From NCBI RefSeq assembly GCF_001194135.2, contig NC_068992.1, positions 40,585,805 to 40,621,107 of the forward strand: 35,303 bases of DNA, written 5' to 3'. A program made the translations under genes and the position numbers. The notes beneath the pieces are model-generated. The model saw only the letters and a program-made list of their open reading frames with translations. It did not search any database and was not told the DNA's origin. Position 1 is the first letter of the stretch; the number at the start of each line of letters is the position of its first letter. The DNA comes from Octopus bimaculoides (Eukaryota). Positions 1-9,505 of the stretch are shown here, in pieces.

Positions 1-68
1 GCACAATGAGGAGTTTTACTTCATTGTTGACTCACAAATGTTCACTGTCAAAAAAAAAAAATATCTAC

Positions 69-91
69 CTCAGCTAAGCAAATGACTTTCT
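69..91 (-). other. candidate 23-nt micro-exon of an unidentified antisense gene
   Basis: Minus strand reads gtattttaatgcctctAG|AGAAAGTCATTTGCTTAGCTGAG|GTagat. Open as (E)KVICLAE when joined in phase 1 to the 445-467 candidate. No homology recognised. Confidence 0.2.
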
Positions 92-444
92 CTAGAGGCA
101 TTAAAATACACACACATATTCAAAACACTTTTTCAGAAAATTGTTACCGTTTTCTCTAAGCAAATTTAACTGGGACAAAATAAGTCAGAGAAGATAAGAT
201 AAATTTGCCTCTTCAGTTCTCCAGAATTACATTTGAAAACAGACTCATATACATAGATATCCATCCTTAGACACCAGAAAGATCAGAAATGCAACAAAAA
301 TTTAAAATAGCTAGGTCAAAGGAAAGAGGCTCATGAAAAAATGGCACGTGATATGAAATCAACAAAACACGACTAAATTTTTAAAAACTCAGCATAAAAT
401 ATTCTCCATGACTTCTTCACGATCTGCTCGACTGGTTCTCTTAC

Positions 445-467
445 CTATATATTCACGTACCATGTAG
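445..467 (-). other. candidate 23-nt micro-exon of an unidentified antisense gene
   Basis: Minus strand reads aataatttcttctctttAG|CTACATGGTACGTGAATATATAG|GTAAGAg: a pyrimidine-rich acceptor and a near-consensus donor. The only open frame gives YMVREYI. No homology recognised. Confidence 0.3.
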
Positions 468-869
468 CTAAAGAGAAGAAATTATTGTAATGAGTCAGTC
501 ATTACACATTTTAGACATTTTTTTTTTTTTTTTTTTTGAAACTTGAAAATTATCAGACATTAGTGACTTGGCGACCAACAGAGAAAAGAATATTGACTGT
601 TAAACACCGGAAATTATCCAGATATTTTATTAGCAACTTCAATTACAATCGGGTCAAAGATGAGGAAAAAATTCTTGAAAAAAAAGTCACCTGATTATGT
701 TCCAAACTCTTTCAGTTTCAACAATAACAATTATGGTGACCATTTTTCACTTCTAAAGATGATGCAACAACACACAATAATGATGCAATACTTTACAATA
801 GAATAATTTCAAGCAGGTCGACAGAAAACGAGAAATCAGGATTTACTCATTTTACTCCACCACTTCTAT

Positions 870-1270
870 ATATCTTTTATCCTCGACTTGTTACAGTTAT
901 TAGAACAAGGTCAGGCTGGGGCAACGCCTTCATGAATTTTAGTCGGACGAATCGATCTCGGTATTTTTTTAAAGTCTGGTGTTTATTCTATCGGGTCGCA
1001 TTTGCTGTTATGGGGACGTAAACAAACCTATACCAGTTGTCATGCGGTGGTGTGGGACAAAGACAATAACATGCACATATACTCACACACATAGGTACAT
1101 ACATATATACGACGGGCTTCTCTCAGTTTCCATCTACGAATTCCACTCACAAGGCCCTGGTTTCAGCCCAAGGTTATATAAGAAAACACTTAACCAAAGT
1201 GCCATGCTATGGGACTGAACCCGGGACCATGTGGCTGGGAGTCAGCTTTCTTACCACACAGCCACATCTA
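870..1270 (-). mobile_element. tRNA-derived CORE-like SINE (family B) with internal microsatellite
   Basis: Reverse complement of the family seen at 25985-26988: TGGCTGTGTGG A-box, GGTTCAGTCCC B-box-like motif, central (CA)/(TA) tract and 3' body. The CORE/OR2-like label is from memory of the MIR-type motif ccttgggcaagt. Confidence 0.8.
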
Positions 1271-1279
1271 AGCCCATAT

Positions 1280-1283
<4 letters not shown>

Positions 1284-1328
<45 letters not shown>

Positions 1329-1426
1329 CGCGCGCGCGCGCGCGTGTGTGTGCATGTGTTTGAGTACTATTTTTCCTGTTTGCACCAACATTCATATATA
1401 TATATATACGTATGTATGTATGTATG
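1284..1426. repeat. compound (TG)n(CG)n(TA)n(TATG)n microsatellite abutting gap 1427-1853
   Basis: Read directly from the sequence. Confidence 0.95.
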
Positions 1427-1853
1427 NNNNNNNNNNNNNNNNNNNNNNNNNNNNNNNNNNNNNNNNNNNNNNNNNNNNNNNNNNNNNNNNNNNNNNNNNN
1501 NNNNNNNNNNNNNNNNNNNNNNNNNNNNNNNNNNNNNNNNNNNNNNNNNNNNNNNNNNNNNNNNNNNNNNNNNNNNNNNNNNNNNNNNNNNNNNNNNNNN
1601 NNNNNNNNNNNNNNNNNNNNNNNNNNNNNNNNNNNNNNNNNNNNNNNNNNNNNNNNNNNNNNNNNNNNNNNNNNNNNNNNNNNNNNNNNNNNNNNNNNNN
1701 NNNNNNNNNNNNNNNNNNNNNNNNNNNNNNNNNNNNNNNNNNNNNNNNNNNNNNNNNNNNNNNNNNNNNNNNNNNNNNNNNNNNNNNNNNNNNNNNNNNN
1801 NNNNNNNNNNNNNNNNNNNNNNNNNNNNNNNNNNNNNNNNNNNNNNNNNNNNN

Positions 1854-1889
<36 letters not shown>

Positions 1890-2070
1890 CATATATGTAT
1901 GTATATATATCCAAGAAAATTAAGGGTTGTGAATCCAACCCACTAAGGGATAATATCTATCCAATATACTGCCGGAAGAGTACCCAATTATTATTACACT
2001 AGTGTTTTTCCTTCGTATTACCAAGTGCAATAAATGGGTGCGGGTAAAAAGATATTTTACCCTTAATTTA

Positions 2071-2452
2071 TATAGCAATAAGAAAATAGAGGGGAATATG
2101 CGTTATCAACTTGCAGACATTGTATTGTGTCATTTTACCTGTTTATTTGTTAACTAAGAGGACAATAATAACAATATACAAACACATGTGACATATTATG
2201 TCATATCAGTAATTAAAATAGGACATCTAGTGACCGAAAATGGGACAATGGCTTACAGCTGTTTCAGTTTAGTGGTGACATGCCTCACACTATCTATATA
2301 ACTCCAGCAGACTGAAGTAATTGATGGATGAAATAGAGGTACATGGATGATTCTTGTCCTCTTAGTTAACAAATAAACAGGTAAATTGACACAATACAAT
2401 GTCTGCAAGTTGATGAATACCACATATTCTCCTCCATTTTCTTATTACTATA
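2071..2452. mobile_element. foldback/MITE with ~95-bp terminal inverted repeats in a TA context (Tc1/mariner-like)
   Basis: 2071-2165 is the reverse complement of 2354-2452. The inner ~60 bp match with one mismatch (atcaacttgcagacattgtattgtgtca(t/a)tttacctgtttatttgttaactaagaggacaa); the outer part is more degenerate. Flanked by TATA on both sides. Confidence 0.75.
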
Positions 2453-3232
2453 TATATTTATATATATATATATAGTTGAAATTTACAGAAAAACAGAAGA
2501 CAANNNNNNNNNNTATATATATATATATATATGGTTGAACAGACAGAGCACAACAAGGAGAAAAAGTTAGACGAAAGCAGAGCAAACGGGAAACTTGACG
2601 AAAACTTAACGGACGGGAGATATAGACAAAGACATGATACATGGAATATTCGCAGCTGATTTTTCTTCGTCAGTCAGTGAGCCAAAATATCATAGTGGTT
2701 TCGCGCCATTATCATTGAGACCACTCGATCTTGGAGGTGCCAGTGCTGTTATTAGGCTACTGGGAAAAAGCTAGCGAATGTATACTGAAACAGAAACAAA
2801 CAAGACATTATATAAATACAATAGACGAAGAATTATGCATATATAACAGTACGAATCCTTACGGCTATTTACAGCAGAAGAAAAAAATAACAATAATACA
2901 AATACCACAAATACAACAGAAAGAGCTTTCCGCAAGGTGAAATAGAGTAAGTCCTAATTGACATAGCAGGAGCCCAGACTAGCATATCCAGTCTGGTCTA
3001 GTTTATATTAAAAAGAAAATGGAGAGTTTAACTGATATATATCAATTTATTAACATACAAAAACTGTATTAAGTAATCCTTGTAGACTTTCATACATACA
3101 TATATATATATATATATATAGTAAATCCCCCTAAAAAAAAAACGAAGAACAAACACACAAAAAAAAAGCAACAACGCGTGGACGTGGTACATGTAAAGTA
3201 TTACCAGACGCTCAGGGAATGGAAGAAAGAGG

Positions 3233-3267
3233 GTTTAACGTTTCGAGCAAAGCTCTTCTTCGGAAAC
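3233..3267 (-). ncRNA. minimal type I hammerhead-ribozyme-like motif (probable Penelope-like element pLTR remnant)
   Basis: Minus RNA: GUUU CCGAAGA A GAGC-UUU-GCUC GAAA CG UU AAAC. Stem I is GUUU/AAAC, stem II is GAGC/GCUC, and stem III is the palindrome ACGU. The core has U4 changed to C and an extra A after A9. Confidence 0.5.
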
Positions 3268-3395
3268 AGGAGACAGAGGACAGTCCAATACAAAAGGAAG
3301 ACAGACGAAAAAAAATCGCCAACGTTTCACATGTTACATATACACGTTTATTTAAGATATGACCTTACTGACACTAACATATGTGTACAAACCTT

Positions 3396-3690
3396 CCCCG
3401 CCCCACGTCAGACGTCGGTGCATTAATCAGAATATACAAATACATGAAATGTCGTCAATCGGTCTGAAAACATTTTTTTTCTTTTCTATTAAATCTTCTC
3501 TTCGCAAATCAGAAAATATAGCTATGACAATCTGACATCATTCTGATTGAGCATTAGCAACTCTGAGTCTTTGTTCCTCTTCAACTTTGAATGTTCTACG
3601 CCAGGTGTTGTTCGCCCTTTTGAGCATACGTTTCGGTGTGGTGTCCGGTGACGTTGCGTGGGTTGTGACGAGTCCGACTACTTTACATAT
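3396..3690. promoter_or_regulatory. CpG-rich promoter-like segment (GC box, CCACGTCA, TGACG half sites)
   Basis: CCCCGCCCC at 3396-3404 overlaps CCACGTCA at 3403-3410, followed by GACGTC. A CpG-dense unique stretch lies at 3590-3690. Motif evidence only. Confidence 0.3.
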
Positions 3691-3724
3691 GTGTGTTTGC
3701 TATATGTGGTGTCCCATATCGCTA

Positions 3725-3780
3725 AAGCACGCACGCACGCATACACACACACACACACATACACGCACACACACACACAC

Positions 3781-3822
<42 letters not shown>

Positions 3823-4085
3823 TCGTATACACGCACACACACACAAACACACACACATACATACATAGGTTTATTTAGGGCGAATGAGAGGAGAGTGCTC
3901 AATGTATGTTAAAGAGGATATGCATGTTCTTTTCTTATTAAATTTGAAACTAAGAATTTGTCTCATAACTCGAGTTACATGACATTGTGATAATTAATTT
4001 AAAATGCGCGTGTGTATATGTGCATGTATGTGTATGTGTGCATGTATGTGTATATGTGCATGTATGTGTATGTGTGCGTGTGTGA
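3725..4085. repeat. (CA)n, (TA)n and (TG/TATG)n microsatellite cluster
   Basis: Read directly; explains the spurious HT/IY/CV ORFs. Confidence 0.9.
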
Positions 4086-4126
4086 GACTATTCAGCTTTA
4101 TTTCAAAATTTTTTTTATTTCTTTAT

Positions 4127-4347
4127 TGTCCACAGGGGGCTAAACATAGAGGGAACAAACAAGGACAGTCAAAGGGATTAAGTCGATTACAATGACCCCA
4201 GTGCGTAACTGGTACTTATTTAATCGACCCCCGAAAGAACGAACGGCAAAGTCGACCTCGGTGGAATTTGAACTCAGAACGAACGGCTGACGAAATACCG
4301 CTAAGCATTTCGCCCGGCGTGCTAACGATTCTACCAGCTCGCCGACC
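4127..4347 (-). mobile_element. tRNA-derived SINE family A (Meta/MESC-like central domain), variant 3' end
   Basis: Reverse complement contains GAGTTCAAATTCC B-box and gtcgactttgcc...ggggtcgattaaataagtaccag central domain, shared with many other copies in the window. The domain name is from recollection. Confidence 0.85.
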
Positions 4348-4834
4348 TAAGATTTCTTACCAATAAAGAAAGAGTCGGGTTCTAATCTAGGTCCAAGGTC
4401 CCTTCATTGGAATTTCAACAACACCAACAGGGTATTTGTGCATATATGTATGTGTGCAGCATTTGGAGTAAACGCATGAGCAGATTTCTAAGTTTTGTTT
4501 TATGTATATATTCTCATGCATATAGCTGGGAGTCTAGACATGCTCGTATATACTTAAATGGTAAACTTCTGGAACGTTTTACGATTTTTGCTGTTCCAGT
4601 GATGGCTTGGATCTGTAGTCTTCGAATTAGCTTTCTCCTTTCTGGTTTTGAGAAGCATAATTTCTCTGGATTGGTAGTTAGACAGTGGGTTACGTATCCC
4701 AGGACCCCAATAATTACAGGTATAAACCTGAACATGTAATCTGAATCCTCAATAGTTCAGCGTAGGTATTCTCTTTTTCGCTGATCTTTAGCTTTATGTT
4801 AACATCAGCTGGCCACGCCTATGATTAGCATTTT

Positions 4835-4835
<1 letters not shown>

Positions 4836-4885
<50 letters not shown>

Positions 4886-4951
4886 NNNNNNNNNNNNNNN
4901 NNNNNNNNNNNNNNNNNNNNNNNNNNNNNNNNNNNNNNNNNNNNNNNNNNN

Positions 4952-5008
<57 letters not shown>
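4836..5008. repeat. (CT)n microsatellite spanning gap 4886-4951
   Basis: Read directly. Confidence 0.95.
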
Positions 5009-5014
<6 letters not shown>

Positions 5015-6254
5015 TTACAATGGTAAGGTCATTTCTGAGCCAATCTGTACATAAAGATGTGTAAAAGATGCTTCTGATCAAAGTAATTTGAGAGAAATTG
5101 CGTTCTTTTCATAGAAAATCTGAAGAAATGTAGTAAGTTTTCAATTGTGCACGTCCTTTCAAACAGTTTACAATTTTTCTAATTTTTAATTCTTCATGTT
5201 TTGGGACCCGTGGCGGCTCGTGTATAGGCATTGCAGCTTCCCCTTTCCCGCGCAATATTATCGATAATATTGAATATAATGAGTCCTTCTTTCTTTAATT
5301 CTTACTTTATACTTGTACATTATATAATCCTTAAGCTTAATGTCAGTAGCCATCCCCTATTTTATGAAAAATATACAAAAATCCTTGCATAGAACTGTGC
5401 GCTTCATAGTTTCAGCGACGCAGTATTTGGCTGTTGTGCGCATGCTCACATGTCCGAGATAGGAAGCTTCACATTAGGGTGAGACAGCACTGTCGTTCAC
5501 GCAGTGCTGGGTCAAAAGCAGTGTTTCTTTTTGATTCCGAGTGTGTTGTCCTTAAAAACGTGTTTATATTCTTAAATGTGATAAAGTGTAGAATTAGATT
5601 ATTATCCTGCTTCCAGCTTCAGTGTTGCTGCCAGGATTTGAAAAATAGGGCAGACCCTCCCCCCTATTTTTATGATTTAGGGGTGGGGAGAAAAAGAAGA
5701 GGGAATTCGAGACAGTGTTCAGTAAATTAAACACACTACCCATCAGTGGCTAAAACGCGAACCGATCAAGTTTATGTACAAATATTCCTTTTTATATGTT
5801 TGTTACCTTTTACACAATATTAAAACAACGGCTAAAAAGTTTCTGAAGCAGCACCCCAACTAATTTTATCTATGAGCCGCCAGTATTTGGGACAGAACGA
5901 GGTGAAAAAAAATTCTGTGTAAAACACCTCATTCGATATCGAGAGTTGCCTCCCTTATTAATGATTACTTCGCTGTTGCAAACACAAGGGAGACAACAGT
6001 GTCTTGACTTCAGTTCTCTTTTAACGAAGGAATGACTAATATCACAATTCCATCGTTTCTGATAGTATGGCAATCAGTACAATTATTTTATAGTGATTAA
6101 TGTTGTTATTGTTGCTGTTGTTGTTCTTAAGTTGTTTTGTAAGTACAACACAGCTCAAGGGGAAATTTTTAAAGGGTTTAATTTTATTAATGGCTTTGTT
6201 TTTATAATGGAGTTCAAGATGTTTGGCTATGCATTCCATTTGGCAACAAAATAT

Positions 6255-6302
6255 ATGTGTCTATGTGTGTGTACACACACACGTATATATATATATATAC
6301 AT

Positions 6303-6381
<79 letters not shown>

Positions 6382-6597
6382 TGTGTGTATATGTGTGTGA
6401 ATAAGTATATACATATATATATATACACACACACACACATACATATATACATGTATACATACATACACACAGACACACACACATATACTTGTATGTGTGT
6501 GTGTATATATATATACATATACATACATACATTTGTGTGTGTGTGTATGTATATATATATATATATATACTACACATATAGCATATGTATGTATGTA
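6255..6597. repeat. long compound (TA)n/(CA)n/(TG)n microsatellite
   Basis: Read directly. Confidence 0.95.
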
Positions 6598-7004
6598 GGC
6601 CAATCCCACACCAGCTTCCCTATTATAAAATATGGCGTTCTACTCATGTAGTTTGTACTAAAATCATATAAAATCAAGTTCACCTCATTAATCGATACGC
6701 TTTTCTCTATCACCATCCTTTATCGAATGGTTGCAATCAGATCATAATGTTGAACATTTGGATTTTTAAAATTTTTTCTCTATCGGTGATACATTTTACA
6801 TTACTAGCCATTTTTGGCTCCGCTTCATATGGAAAATCCAAGTAGATTGCATGACTCACGCCATGCACATTTGAGGAAAGACCATTGGATTACTTTTAAA
6901 ATAATATGCCACTGTACTAAAATTAAAAGTTAAATCCTATTCGAATTGGGATTTGGAGAATCATTGGAGCTCTGGAGAAAATACCTAGTGGTATTTAATC
7001 TGTC

Positions 7005-7525
7005 TCTTTACGTTGTGAGTTCAAACGCAGCTGAGTCAGTTGTGCTTTTCATTCTTTCGAGGTCGGTGTAATCGATTAAACCTCTCCCGTCAAAATCTGA
7101 GAGAAAAAGGCGTTGAACTGAGAGAATCTTTAGCACGTTGCCCAAAATACATTTTTTCCGACTCTTTACGTCCTGAGTTCAAATTACGCTTAGATTGACT
7201 TTGCCTTTGATCCTTTCAGGGTCGGTAAAATAAGGACCAGTTGAACACCGGGGTTGATGTAATCGACTAAGCTTCTCCCCCGAAATTTAGGGCCTTGTAC
7301 CAAAATTTGAAGCGATTATTATTGTCGTCGTCGTCGTTGTTGCTGTTGTTGTTAGGGTGGTGAGGTGGCAGAATCGTTAGCACACTGGGCAAAATACTCA
7401 GCCACATTTCGTTTGTTTTTACGTTCTGAGTTCAAATTCCGCCGAGGTCGACTTTGGTTTTCATTCTTTCAGGGTCGATTAAATAAGTACCAGTTACGCA
7501 CTGAGGTCGATGTAATCGACTTAAT
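7005..7525 (+). mobile_element. three tandem SINE family A copies or fragments (~7005-7090, ~7125-7315, ~7355-7525)
   Basis: Repeated gagttcaaa...ttgcctttcatcctttc..ggtcgat motif. Confidence 0.8.
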
Positions 7526-7793
7526 CTACTCTCACGTGGAGTAGCAGCACCTTTTAGGGTCCAAGCTTTGAGTTAATTTGCATGTTATTTGCATGGGTTA
7601 ATTTACATATTATGGAAGAAACCTCAAGAACGAAACCTTCACTGCCTTGAGAAAGGAAAGGGTTAAGGGAAACAACCTCGACGGCAATTCAATGAATGGA
7701 TTCCCTCAGACGGTCCGCTGTCCTCTTTGACACCCTTCCAGCAACGCCTATGTAGGTGGAACTCTCCAGCCCTGTAAGGCAATTTGTCTAGGA

Positions 7794-8089
7794 CAGGGGG
7801 TTATTAAGCATTTTTTTAATTATCTATGGACTCCTTTGCTTACTTTTTTATTCTGTTGGACCCCTGTAGCCATTCAATGTTTAAAAACAGCTTTATAAAT
7901 ACTTCCTTGTTTTTCACACATTAACTTGTGTCGAAACCCGTTTCTTGCAATACATAACCAGTTAATACATCTACAGCAAAATTTTTTCAGAGGCCCTTAA
8001 AATGCTAATTTACTACTTTGTTGTGTGAACCCCGCAAAACTCTTATATGAACCCTCAAGAGCCATATGAACTCCGGTTGTGAACCACTG
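7794..8089. mobile_element. hAT (Charlie-like) MITE
   Basis: Termini CAGGGGGTT... and ...GGTTGTGAACCACTG. The 8-bp flanking direct repeat gtctagga (7786-7793) / atctagga (8090-8097) has the TCTAG core typical of Charlie-type targets. Confidence 0.7.
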
Positions 8090-8365
8090 ATCTAGGAGAA
8101 GACCACTCTAATCTAAAACCTGCAGCATGATGGTAATCACAGCCATCTTAGCCAACTGAGTCACCATGGTCAGGCCTCCAAGACTAAAGAGTGGTGTCTG
8201 ATTGCATTGAGTGATTCACACTTGAAAACTACTAAGCGCTGGCAGGAAGTAAAGCTTTGCAAGCATCAAGGTTTAGTTTACGTAACCACTCGAGGGAGTG
8301 TCGCTCTTCCTCATGATCTACGGATACAAAGAAATGGCCATTATCATATATGCAACAAATAGACC

Positions 8366-8500
8366 GATGGATTGGCAGAATCGTTTGGGCATCGCTAAAA
8401 ATGCTTTGCAGCATTTGTTTTGGCTCTTCAGGATCTGAGATCAAATGCTGCCGAGGCCGACTTTGTCGTTTATCCTTTCGATGTTGATGAAATAAAATAC
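8366..8500 (+). mobile_element. degenerate SINE family A
   Basis: tggcagaatcgtt...aaaatgct...gagatcaaatgctgccgaggccgactttg. Confidence 0.7.
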
Positions 8501-9404
8501 CAGGCCTTTGCCTCAGTCAGAAACCTCTATTTTATACATCTGATGGTAAGGCGTCGAGAAGTATGAGAAAATACATCAATCGAACAGAGTTGTGGTCGTA
8601 TCATTGATTTACGGAAACTAGATGAATGTAGAGACGAGTGCCTCTACACGGTCCGTTTACATCCCACGGTAGAAGCTCGATCAAAGTAAGCCTGTGGCTA
8701 AACAGCAACAGTGAGAAGCAAAATTATAAAAAATTATAAAAAGATGTTTTTAGAAATTCTGTCTTGGTCTGTTTTTTTTTTCTTCATATAATCTAGTCAG
8801 GAGTTGCAGACCAAAGTTCATGGCCCTTTGGGGCTTCCGTAACAAATGTGCAAACGTTATTCTCGAACCGGAAGATCTGGCTTGAATTTTTACAACAGAA
8901 TGGATTCTGGTAAAGGAACCAAAAGATTCGGTGTTGATATTAAAGTGGGCGAAAGATTGAGCTAATAAATCTANNNNNNNNNNNNNNNNNNNNNNNNNNN
9001 NNNNNNNNNNNNNNNNNNNNNNNNNNNNNNNNNNNNNNNNNNNNNNNNNNNNNNNNNNNNNNNNNNNNNNNNNNNNNNNNNNNNNNNNNNNNNNNNNNNN
9101 NNNNNNNNNNNNNNNNNNNNNNNNNNNNNNNNNNNNNNNNNNNNNNNNNNNNNGAAAAGAAGTTGTAAATGATAAGTATTTCGTTAGATATATATAAATA
9201 TATATATTTTTTTAATTAGACGATTTGTTGTTTAAATTTTTCAGAAGTTTGATGAAGCGACATAAATTGACTTCATAAAATCACTCGGGATTTTGAAAGC
9301 GTTTAGAAATGGCGACCTTAAAGAATAATAAATTTAGGAAAACGTCTTACTCGGTAGTACAAGACATAGCTCGTAGACGGCATCAAGCGAAAACAGTCTT
9401 GAAA

Positions 9405-9421
9405 TGACGTCACTCTAACGG
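9405..9421 (+). promoter_or_regulatory. perfect CRE palindrome TGACGTCA (9405-9412) next to a MYB-like TAACGG (9416-9421), ~90 nt upstream of the KLHL10 ATG
   Basis: Motifs read directly; function inferred only. Confidence 0.4.
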
Positions 9422-9505
9422 GACCTTAGTTTTTATCTACTAGCCATATGATAATCGACTATTGAAGGGAGAGTTTGTTTAAAATTGTAATAATCGCAAT
9501 TCAAC

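Noticed and set aside
39-47. 9-nt minus-strand micro-exon (ttttgacAG|TGAACATTT|GTGAGT)
   Set aside because: It would leave only a ~21-nt intron to the 69-91 candidate, so both cannot be real. This also shows that such motifs arise by chance.
760-789. Two TGATGCAA C/EBP-ATF composite motifs
   Set aside because: Short motifs with no linked TSS evidence; plausible by chance in AT-rich DNA.
979-6651. Many 60-240 aa ORFs rich in IY, CV, HT, LS or X
   Set aside because: Translations of dinucleotide microsatellites and N gaps; the same applies to similar ORFs across the window.
7681-7696. Exact 16-mer gacggcaattcaatga shared with ~20536-20551
   Set aside because: Flanks do not align; most simply two fragments of another interspersed repeat.
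8611-8656. Nested hairpin (ACGGA/TCCGT around TGTAGAG/CTCTACA) as a structured ncRNA
   Set aside because: Short stems and no match to a ribozyme, snoRNA or tRNA pattern that I can support.
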